DNA of 64,000 nucleotides, from NCBI GenBank assembly GCA_013239625.1, contig MU056050.1, positions 2,466,084 through 2,530,083 of the forward strand, written 5' to 3'. Below are positions 1 through 10,510 of the stretch, piece by piece. This DNA is from Lama guanicoe (lineage: Eukaryota). Position 1 is the first letter of the stretch; every line of letters starts with the position of its first letter. Below the pieces are notes generated by a model, which saw only the letters and a program-made list of their open reading frames with translations, did no database searches and was not told the DNA's origin. Position numbers and translations under genes: made by a program.

Positions 1-1586
1 GGCCTTAAAGGAAACAATTATATTTCCCTATAGGGCATTAACCAGTATTGTATCTAAATATAACTTAGTGATCTTATTCTAGAATTATTTCTTTGTGTGT
101 CTATATGCCCTTTCTTTCAAATTCTCCTTGGAACCAACTTACCATACTGCTGTTTTCTCATTAATGTGTTAAATAAAATATTTATTTTATTTTATTTTTT
201 AACTTTCTAAAAAATAAAGTCGTATTTTTGACTTTCTAAAAATTATACTTTGACCATGGACACTGGTAGCTACAGTAAGGATGAGACTCTCGATAGGTGC
301 TTTATTGAGGAGGATGGTGGGTGCACCAGCCAGAGTCCAGGCAGTAAGTTCACTGGTTTGAGGATGGGGAGAGATGTTCATCGGTCAGGAGATAAGTCTC
401 TGTCTTCTGTAAATCAGCATTTATGGGAGATCAGTCTCTTGGTTCTTAAGTTTTATTCTTCTGAGGGCACATCTGTGACATTCTCCATTTCTTATCCTTT
501 GGTTCCATTTTAGATTGAAACCCTTTCTCAGTACCCAAATCTTACTAATTCCCTCTCATAAACATTTTCCTCCTCCTTTTCAATCTTCCTGCTACTGCTT
601 TCTCAATTCAGTTCTTTATCACATCTCATCTGATGAGTTTCCTTGCCTGCCTCAGGTTCCACCTTTCTTATCACTCATCCTGCCAGTCTAGTTTATACCA
701 TGTTGCCAGTTTCATCTCATGACAAGGAAATTATAATCATGTTATTCCTCTGATTAAAACCCTTCAAGGGAAGCCAGTGTAGAAGTGGAGTTGATGGTAA
801 CTCGATGACCTGGTGAGTTAAACAATCCAGGATGTGAAAAAAATCTTCAAGGGTTTTTATTGCCTGTAGGGTAAAGTCCAGTCCAGGCTCTTAGTGCTAA
901 GGCCATTTACAACCTGGTCTCAACCTACTTTATCAGCCTCGTCTCCAGGCCCTCCCTAACAAACATCCTTATACTACGACTACATTGAACTTCTCACCAG
1001 GCTCTTTCGTGCTTCCTTGCCTTTGCCCTTGCTATTCCCTTTGTCCCAAATGACTTCATCTCTCTTTTCTGCTAGGTACATTCCTATTCACCTGTCAAAC
1101 TCCTCGAGGTGGAACTCACTGGTGTCTCCTTAAATTTTGTGGCTCAGATGCCTTACTCAACTCACCCTAGTCCTGACACTGGTTGACCTTGACAGGCTTG
1201 CCAGTCAACCAGCAGTCACATCTTCTTGGTGACCTCCTCCACCACATGACAACTAAAGGCAATATCTGACCCTAGACAGGATCCTGTACTGGTGGGGGGG
1301 AAAATGCTGTAAAGGACATTATTAGAGCAACTGCTAAAATTGGAATATGAGATGATAGATTAAAGTCAATTTCTGAAGTTGATAACTGGGCTGTGGTTAA
1401 AGTAAGAGAATATTACTATAGTTCGGCAATATGCACTGAAATATTTAGGGGTGAAGGGCAATGATATATAATTCTTTCAAATAGTTCAGGAGATGGGTAG
1501 ATAGAAAAATAGGTAGATAGATAGCGCATGCAAATGATAAAGCACTTGGGTTAAAAAGTTAACATTAAGTGAATTTGGTGTACAGG

Positions 1587-1997
1587 TGTTGGAGGAGGTC
1601 ATCAACCACCGGCTTGGCCTTGGGGCTGGACCCGGCAACGGGTGGCTCCTCACCCACTCCTGGATCCTTGGAATGTGCATTCTGCCCACTGCTCCCATAG
1701 CCAGAGGCGACTCAAGGCCCTGAGAGAGTGAGGTGTTGAGACAACCTGGACTGAATACATGACTGAACCCAGTTAAGGCCTCTATGTAAACATTTAAGAT
1801 TCTGGCAGGCAGGTTCGGAGATCTGCTTGTCCCACAGCCGCTCAAGACAAGCCTCGTATGTAAGTTCCCTTGCTTACTGAGCCCACCACCTACCAATCTG
1901 GGGTGATCTGCCTCTTTATTTGATGTCTCCTTGCCCTCTGAGTACAGGGGCCAGTTTTGGATTTCACTTGGTGAACTCTTGAGGTTTTGAACCAACA
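1587..1997. mobile_element. Solo ERV LTR (~411 bp) inserted into an old L1 fragment
   Basis: Termini TGTTGG...CCAACA form an inverted terminal repeat with TG..CA ends. Near-TSD acagg/aaagg. L1M-like AT-rich sequence on both sides. Family not assigned. Confidence 0.7.
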
Positions 1998-3149
1998 AAA
2001 GGGTTTATAGATGGCCTTTGTACTATTCTTATTCTAGCATTCTTGCTGTAAGTTTGAAATTATCTCCAAATACAAGTTTAAACAGAGTACTTATCATTTG
2101 ATATTGTGACTGTGGCTCCACTAGTCTGTGAGCAATGGCAGATGAGGACTAAGTCTGATTCATCCTCACCAGGGAGGGTGCCTTCACAGATCAGGACAAA
2201 TAGTAGGTGTGCTGTGCATGTTTGTTGATTGACCATAAACATTCGCAAATAAATGCCGCGCAAAGGGTGACTAATGAGGGTTATCTCCTGGGTGATGTGT
2301 TAGAGGGTCAAGCAAGTTACGAAATCTCTGCCCGTGCTCTTATCAGAAGCATTTATAGGTTCTTCATGTTATTGGCTCCTTCTTTCAGGGATTTGTTTCA
2401 GTTACAGGCATCCCTCTGCAAAGCATGTGTTCTGGATTGCTCAGTTCTGAATACGTGGCGACTTTCCTAAAGTAAAGCCCAAACAATTTTGTGCAGGCTG
2501 TGTTGAAATTTACCGTTTCCTGTTATCTGTACAATTGAGCAGGCACCCTGAAAAATTTGTGAATACTCACATACCACCTTCACAAAAAGATATGATTGTA
2601 AACCCCAAAGAGGTCACATGATTCACGGAGGAAACTATCTAAACATGTACCTGCCTCATTACATCTGCCTCTAATTAAGAGAATGACTCATCAGTATTCC
2701 ATGATGGTTAATTGTTTTTACTATTTGCTTTTGACTATTTTCAAGCATCCAAAATTCAATCACTCATTAAATTAAAAATTTGTTGAGTATCTCCTATTTG
2801 AAGGGTATTGTCTTGGTCACTGAGGATACAGCAGTGAACAAAACAATATCCTGGTGTCATGGCGTTTGCAGTCCAGTAGGAGACATTAGACAAGTAAACA
2901 CATCAGAGATTACCTTTGCAAAATTCAACATTTCAAAAAAGATATAACAGATTCCTGGGCTTAAGGCTGAATGTTCCTGGAAATGACTTCTTTAGGAAGT
3001 TTGGGTGTATACATTTTGTGGTTTCACAAAGTTATCATTTAGAGAGTCTATATATCGCCTCCTTGAATTGAAAGTTAGTGTTGTTGACTTGTCATTGATA
3101 GAAGTATTGGAACCCCTTCTTTGGGAATTTTCTCAGTAATATATGAATA

Positions 3150-3600
3150 AGCCTGTCAATTAACATCCAGTGGGAACAGATGGCACACTCAAATTTTTTG
3201 AAAGCATTTAAGAAAGCAACTGTTTACAAAATTTAGGTAGGGTGTAAAGGACCCAGAACCCAAGGCTAGTATAAGCTGTTAACACTCTTATACCTGAAGC
3301 AGCAATGGGAGGGAGTGGTTTGTTGAACTTGGGTTGGAGGGAGAGCAAGTGCCACGTGGTGAGGGCTACCTGACAGGAAGAGCTACGACCTTCAGGTGAA
3401 GGAGCCAGCCAGCGAGACTCCAGAAACTTGTCTGAAAAACAGTCATAGAAATAAGTACCTCAACTTCATTCTCCTCCATCCTTGCAACTTCTCGCCACTG
3501 GACAAACCCAACTGGAAGCCAGAGGCAATGGAGCCCACAAATGTCTATATACAGGTCAGTACAGAGCAGAGCAGGGAGTGGACCTCAGGGAGCACAGCCT
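3150..3600 (-). mobile_element. Old ERVL LTR, LTR33-like
   Basis: GGAACAGATGGCACACTCAAA...TTTACAAA motif as recalled for LTR33; boundaries approximate. Confidence 0.5.
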
Positions 3601-4364
3601 TAAAGGGTTTGCAGTGTGGGTCCCAAGTACTCTTTTCCAATCACAGCCTAGGCCTTGAACTGTTTGCCTCAACCTATGTTACATTTTATTTTCTGACCAG
3701 TTTCTGACCTTACCATCTCATAACCCCCCTTTCTTATGTAAAACTGAAGATCATCTTTGGAAGCCAATACTTGTCACCCCTTCTTTCTTGTGATTTCCGG
3801 CTTCCCTTCCTCCCTCATCCCTTAAACTGAGAAGTTTTTATCCTCTCTGGATGACCTTGCCCAGTTTGGCACACACGCTGGACCACTATCTGAGCAAAGG
3901 TCCTCATAGCAAGTGCCCCTACTACATGCGCTTCGGCCCAGTGAGTGGCGACTGGATGTGACAGATGAGACGGGAAGCACTTATTTGTGTCAGACTCATA
4001 AGTCAGTCATCAGTTCAGTTCTGTTCACCTCCACACACCCACCCCAGCTCTTGCCTGACAACCACACCCTTGAATAGATTAGCATCATTGAGAACAAAGA
4101 CACTGGACTCCAAACAAATGTTCAAAGGATGCCTCATCAGAGGTGGGATGAGGAGAGATGGGGAAGACTATATGAACTTGAAGAACTAGTATTTCTTGCC
4201 CATGCTGGATGATGACATTTTTTAAAAGGCAGGCTAATAAAGCATTCTGGCATGTATGGGAAAGATAACTCCAATCGCAGTGTGGTGGCTACCTCTGGAG
4301 CGGGAAAGAAAAGAGATCCAGAGGTACAGAGGGAGCTCCAACTGGGGCTCTATTTTATTTCTTT

Positions 4365-4545
4365 TTTTATATATTTTTATTGAAGTATAGTCAGTTTATA
4401 ATGTTGTGCCAATTTCTGATATACAGCATAATACTTCAGTCATATAGGAACACACATATATTCATTTTCATATTCCTTTTCACCATAAGTTACTACAAGA
4501 TATTGAATATGGTTCCCTGTGCTACACAGTATGAACTTGTTAATT
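4365..4545 (-). mobile_element. L1 3' end fragment
   Basis: T-rich tail followed by ATTGAAGTATAGTCAGTTTA...GGTTCCCTGTGCTA, typical of a laurasiatherian L1 3' UTR in reverse. Confidence 0.75.
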
Positions 4546-4552
4546 TTTTAAA

Positions 4553-4676
4553 TTTATTTTGGGGGATAGGAAATTAGGTTTATTTATTTATTTTTTAGAG
4601 GAGGTACTGGGGATTGAACCCAGGACTTTGTGCATGCTAAGCATACGCTCTACTACTTGAGCTATACCCTCACCCC
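4553..4676 (-). mobile_element. Camelid tRNA-derived SINE (Vic-1-like)
   Basis: Minus strand GGGGTGAGGGTATAGCTCAAGTAGTAGAG...GGTTCAATCCCCAGTACCTCC with Pol III A/B boxes and an A-rich tail. Confidence 0.85.
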
Positions 4677-5267
4677 TGATTTCTGAATACCTGAAATCCT
4701 GAAGCAAATATAAGAAGATGCTGGAATTTAATGGTGAATGGTGCATTGCTAATTATGAAATTCTTTGTACTTTGTTTGGAGAGTACAGTTGAGGAGAGGA
4801 GAATGGGGGGCCTACACCACAGACGTGACCAAGGAAAGCAGACAGGACGTAAATAGTGCAATGACCTGTCTGCTAGGGTCCCAGTGGTGTTCTGGGAGTA
4901 TGTTACTTCATCCCAGTCACAGGCCGAGGCCTCATGAAGGTTCTGGAATCATGGTGACACTAGTAGTTTGGAGACCCAATCAAGTTTGTATTCCTAGCTC
5001 TGCTCTCCAAGGGAGGTAGTTCCGTGTAATAGTTAGGACCAGTCTGACAGAGCCAGCCTGCCTGGGGTCACATCTTGGTTTGGGCACTTACGGGTTCTGT
5101 CACTTTACCTCTCTATATCTTAGTTTTTTCATCTGTAAAATGGGATGAGAATGTCAACCTATGTCAAGAGGTTGTTGAGAGGACTATGGCCACAGACTGA
5201 ATTTTATGCTATTTTTATGCTATTATTCTCCCAGAGAAGCTGAACTAATGGCAACAGTTCTCTAGCA

Positions 5268-5477
5268 CAGGGATTGGCAACCTTTCTCTGTAAAGGGCCA
5301 GATAGTAAACATCTGAGGCTTCATGGGCCATATGCTCTCTATCTTAATCACTCAACTCTGGGGTTGTAGTGAGAAAGCAGCCATAGACAATATATAACAA
5401 ATGGGTGTGGTTGTGTTCCACTAAAACTTTATTCATAAAAACAGGTAGTGGGCTGCAGTGTGTCAACTCTTTCTGTA
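5268..5477. mobile_element. MER58A-like hAT-Charlie MITE
   Basis: CAGGGATTGGCAA..CTGTAAAGGGCCAGATAGTAAA...GTTCCACTAAAACTTTATT matches the recalled MER58 consensus. Confidence 0.75.
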
Positions 5478-6399
5478 GAATATTTTAAATGCTTGAACAC
5501 TTCACTTATCTCTCAGAATGGTGGATGGCCTAGGCTATTTGGGAAGAGAAGTGCACATTCCTAGACCCTGGTTAGACCCTTACAAAACCTGTTCTGTCTC
5601 CTTTCAAAAAAAGGAAAAGTATGTTTCCATAACACAAGTTGGGACCACATCTCCAGCCTTTCTAAGTAGATTCTGCTTGTGACCTTCCAGTTGAATTACC
5701 CCAAGACTCAGGACTTGTTCCCTATCAAGAAGCTAAAAACAGTCTAGCTTCAGCCACATCTTTTGCTACTTGAGAAAATTCTCCATCCTTACTGAGGAGA
5801 TAGAGAAAGGCACTAACTAGGACACTTAAACCTGCCCAGAACTCAGGGAATCCACACAAATTCTATTATAGATAATGGCATGAGTCAGTCATTAGTTAGG
5901 TAGAGGCCAGACACAAGCTGAGAAGGCCACTGTCTAAAAAAGGGCCAGTTTGAAAACTACCACTTCCCAGTGTGCCAGGGGACGGCCAAAGTCCATACCA
6001 TTATCTCTAGTGCATCCAGGAGACATCATCGACCAGGATGACATCATGGTACAACATCACTGCCAAGGACAGGACCCACGTACATCCCCACAGGAAGCAC
6101 TTCCCAAACCAGTTTGTGCTCAGACCAGGGTTTATGGCCACCACCAGCTAGACATACTGTGAGACGGCTGCCCCTCAGATACATGCTCAGATTGCCACTG
6201 AAGGCGCTGGCCTTGCTGAGACCAGGATATGGACACCTCCCCACTCAGCCCATCCTTGCCTAACCCAGTGCAAGATTAGGAATTTTTCAAAACAGACTCG
6301 GACCATACTCAGACACAGACCCCAGCTTAAGACAATGCAAAATGTCTCAGCTTACTCCCAGGACGTGATGTGTGCACTTGTCAGGCATATGGTTCCCCA

Positions 6400-7450
6400 A
6401 ACAGAGCTCGGACCCAGCTCAGTTCCAAGCACTTTGAATCCATCTACCCCCAAACCAGAGCTGAGACCCAACTCCTTTAGGGTAAGGCCTCCAGAAGGGG
6501 GCCCAACCCGTGCCACCTACAGGCAGCCCTCCCGCCACCACCGCGCCCCCCACCCCCACCCTGATGCACACCCACGATCTCACTGGGCACATCTTGGTGG
6601 GGCTGCAGCTCAGACCAAGGCCCCCTAAATTTCCTCTGCTCTGAACAGCAGAAGGGAAGGGAGCCCTGCTTGAGACTGACACTCCCTCCAATGCCACCGA
6701 GGGTGACCATCTGTCCTGGTTTGCCCAGGGTTCTGTCCCCATTTGAAAATGGGAAGTCTGGCTTCTGGAGAAATCCCCCAGTCCAGTCCCGGGAAGTTGG
6801 GAAGCCAGCCTTCACCCCCAGGATGGCCCGTGCCCGGCTCCGCAGGCGGGAGGGGCCTGGCTCCCCCTCTCCGTGCCCAGAAGCCATCGGAGCCCCGCAC
6901 TGGACCTGAAACTGGAGGGCCACTGCTGCTCATCCTGCTGCAGCTGGGCGCTTCTGCCGCCGAGCCCAGCCCAGCCCAGCCCAGCCCAGCCGAGCCGCCG
7001 ACGCAGCCTGGCGCTCTTCTGCCTGCCAAATTATCTTCACTAACAGCGGGAATTCAAGGGCCCTTCATGCCTCTCGTGATGACTGAGTCTGCACCGACGC
7101 CTCTCAGCTGATTCAACACACATTTACTGAGCGCTTAGCGGAGTGATTAGAGGTGGCCCTCGCCGCCACTCGCTGGGGGCTGGCCTGCTCTGACAGTCCC
7201 CCCTCCCACCCCCGCAGCTCGTCCCGCAGCCACGTGCAGGCCGGCGGAGGCTCCTCTCCTGCCTGCTCCTGGGAGCTCAGGAAGCCCGCGCAGGTCCCCG
7301 CTGCTCCCTGTGCTTCCAAACACCAGCCCTCCACTCCAGAGGTGCCTGGCTTTGTTCCGCCCTGGCTCAGAGCCAGGCACCCCGCCCTGTCGTGAGGACC
7401 CAGAGATGAGAAACTGGGGGGCTCCTGCTTGTGAGGACCTAAGATCTAGA
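6400..7450. promoter_or_regulatory. Orphan CpG-rich/GC-rich island, candidate promoter or enhancer
   Basis: Locally dense CpGs and high GC against an AT-rich background; GC boxes; CACGTG at 7231-7236; no recognisable gene. Confidence 0.55.
6961..6995 (+). repeat. Pentamer tandem repeat CGAGC(CCAGC)5CGAGC
   Basis: Read directly from the sequence. Confidence 0.95.
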
Positions 7451-9364
7451 TGGGGAGAGGTGATCGCCCCAAATGCAGGTCACACTGGGCTAGGGCTGGG
7501 TGTGCCAGGGCTCCTTGGGGAGGGGGCACCAGAGAGGTGTGCAGAGAAGGGGGCGGTCTTCAGGGGCCCAGAGAACAGTATCCACGGTGGGGGGTAGGGG
7601 GGCATGAGATGGCACAAAGGGTGTGCAGAGAGGCAGGGAGAGGCAGGAGCAGAATCCAGGGACTCAAGGGAAGAGAGCGCCTCACGGAGGAAGTTGAGAC
7701 CCAGTGTCTGAGCCCCCAACCAGGTCCAGTGGATGCGGGCTGGAAAAGCAACTTTTGGATGTGGCAACTGGTGATCTCAGGAGAGGCCTGATGGCAGAGA
7801 CCAGCTTCCAGGGGTAGAGGAGTGAATGGCAGGTAAGGAGGTGGAGATGGAACTGCAGAGTGCTCTTCTAAAGCTTGGCTCTGATATGAATAGAAATAGG
7901 AGTAGAAAGGACTGGCTTTGGTGTCTGGGATGGAAGAGGTGTCACAGGTTATAAGGGGAATATTGGGAAGGACCTAGTAGAAAAGGAGCAGATGAGGAAT
8001 GAAGAGAAAGAACAGAGGGTTCTGGCTGGGGGCTGGGGCCAGGCAGGCAGCAAGGTGCTGACGGTGAGGTCCCAGGCTGAACCAAGTCTCTCATTTGTTA
8101 CCCCGAGCAGCTGAGAACACGGTGCCCCTCTTCTGAGGGGTGGCATGTGCACAGAGCCTGGGCTAAGCAGGATTGTCCTGTGCCTAGTTGGGTCAGGGTC
8201 CGGGGAGGGTCCAGTCCTGTAGGCAGTTGTTTCTGCCAGTGCTGTTCTGCTGAGCCAGTGGTGGCATGGGGCATGACTGGGGCTGTCTCATGGTTTACTG
8301 AGAGCCAGGCAGGGATCCATGTCCAGGTCTGATTGGGGAGGCCCTTCTCAGACTATCCTGAGCAACGGCTTCCATGTGACTCATGTCCTGATGGTTCCTA
8401 GCCTGCCAAATGGGGGCATGTGGCCTTGGCCCTACACACCCTCTGAGGCTGTATCATCCACCTGGCTCTTGTTCTTGCTTGGGTTCAAATCTGTCCCCTG
8501 GTGTGTTACGCATTGGTATGAGAATGGGTTCTGGCTTGGGAGATGGCTACTTCATGGAAACCTTTGAAGATATGCAGGGGGAGGCCTGGTTTTCAGGTAA
8601 GAGTTGGCTCCCGATTTGCTGAGTAATGTGTGGGTCTGAGCAGTGAATGGCGATCTGAGCAACACTTTGTCAAGGTGTATTGAGGGTTGAGTGGGTTTAG
8701 GCTTTGACAAGATATGGTTATCCCCACGTGTGGTGAAAGGTGACATATGTGGCCAGTGCATGACCTTTCACTTAGGTTTGCAGAGTAGTGCTAGCGACAC
8801 CGCATGGGCTGCCTGGCAATGTATTGACTAGCCGTGAGATACAGTGCAAAGTTGATCCTAGAGAGTTAAGCAGTGTTACGTGTGTGTCAGCCTTAGTCTG
8901 AGTTTGGGTGGGGGCAGCCTCATGGTTTTTTAAACAGTGGTGTAGCTATAGGCCCGGCTCCAGGAAGGGGCCATGTTATAATATGCTGAGTGGTGGCAGG
9001 ATATGGGTCCCTGTCTGGGTGGGTGCTACACAGCCCACCAGCAGTACAGCAAGCTGCCCATTTCTGCACCCTAAAGTTCTGCTGGAATAGCATCACCCAC
9101 TCCTCCATAGAGCAGGCCCATTCTGAAGCAACTATGGTTTTCACACACGATACTTGGTTCTCCCTACATCAGTCACATCAACAGCTTCAACTTGCCTGCG
9201 GGCCAGGGTGTCTTCCCAAACATTCACTCTGCCCATAGACTAAGGAACCTGGATAACAAACACGTAGTGAGGACCTTCCCTTCCACCACTCTCGTGAACT
9301 CTTTGCCTTTCCTCTAGCTTCTCTATCATCTGCCACCTTCTCTACCTGTGCCATCCCCAGTGAT

Positions 9365-9470
9365 AGTTTCCAAGCTTTCAAGAGAGTACATTTCCCCTGC
9401 GTACTGGGTTAAATGGTAGTTTCCAAGCTTTCAAGAGAGTACATTTCCCCTGCGTACTGGGTTAAATGGT
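9365..9470 (+). repeat. Perfect 53-bp tandem duplication
   Basis: 9365-9417 is identical to 9418-9470. Confidence 0.95.
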
Positions 9471-9907
9471 GATCCCCTAAATTCATGTCCATCCAAAACC
9501 TGTGAGTGTAACTTCATTTAGAAATAGGGTCTTTGCAGAGGTAATCAAGTTTAGATGAGGTCATACTGGATTAGGATAGACCCCAAATCCAGTATGACTT
9601 GTGTCTTTATAAGAAGAGGAAATTTTGGATCCAGACGCACAGAAACACACAGAGAGGAAGAAGGCCATGTGAAGACAGACAGAGATTGGAATGATGTATC
9701 AACAAGTCAAGGAATGCTGGCAACCACCAGAAGTTAAGAAGAGCCATGGGAAGATTCTTCCCAAGAGCCTTTGTAGGGAGCATGGCTCTGCCAGCACCCT
9801 GATTTCATACTTTCAGCCTCCAAAACTGTCAGAGAATAATAAATGTCTGTTGTTTAAAACCACTCCTTTCAGGTAATTTGTTACAGTAGCCATAGGAAAC
9901 TAATGCA
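9451..9907 (+). mobile_element. MaLR LTR (MLT1B/C-like)
   Basis: TACTGGGTTAAATGGT...GAAATAGGGTCTTTGCAGAGGTAATCAAG...AATAAAT...GGAAACTAAT, typical MLT1 layout. Confidence 0.85.
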
Positions 9908-10399
9908 CATTGTTTCCAATTCTTTTTGGTTAGACGCTGTCTAAATGTCAGGATTTCTTTTAATTTCTTTAGTATGTTCCTCTTTGGACAAGTGAGTATA
10001 ATTTAGCCAACTGGATTTCATCAAACATCTACATCTGTCAAGCAACTGTCACTGCTAAAATATTACCAGTGCATGTTAGCTAAGTGGTACCTATTTAAAA
10101 TAGGACCAAGATTGTTTTTACAGCATAACAAGTGAATTTTTAAATTTACCACTGATTTAAAGCACAGAAAGTCTTTTATTCTAAGAGGGAACGAATTCTT
10201 AAAATTCCTAGGGAAATGTCTTTCATCAATCCTGATTGCTCTGGGGTTTTTTCTTTCATCTTATTAATTTTAATAGTATAGTTTTAATCCATTTTTATAA
10301 ATAAATTCACTTCATATTTTGAGGGTTATTGTGTTCTCATTTAGAATTAAATTTCTAGCAATTGCTTATTTGGGTCTCGGTGCTATATGATAGAGCCTA

Positions 10400-10510
10400 G
10401 TCAGCCATAAAAATTAATAAAATAATGTCATTTGCAGCAACATGGATGAACCTGTAGAATGTCATTCTAAGTGAAGTAAGCCAGAAAGAGAAAGAAAAAT
10501 ACCACATATA
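10400..10510 (+). mobile_element. L1 ORF2 3' fragment
   Basis: CAGCCATAAAAA...TTTGCAGCAACATGGATGAACCT...TAAGTGAAGTAAGCCAG (FAATWM.L motif). Confidence 0.75.

Noticed and set aside
137..520. Possible minus-strand exon or pseudogene fragment (donor ATG|GTAAGT at 142, AATAAA at 306-301, short ORFs)
   Set aside because: No recognisable protein in any frame, and the signals do not form a consistent exon
1486..1998. 170-aa minus-strand ORF
   Set aside because: Lies within a solo LTR and L1 flank; non-ATG start, no domain
6180..8700. Possible ancient inverted duplication around the orphan island (GCTCAGATTGCCA versus TGGCGATCTGAGC)
   Set aside because: The short matches are not collinear and are explainable by mirrored base composition
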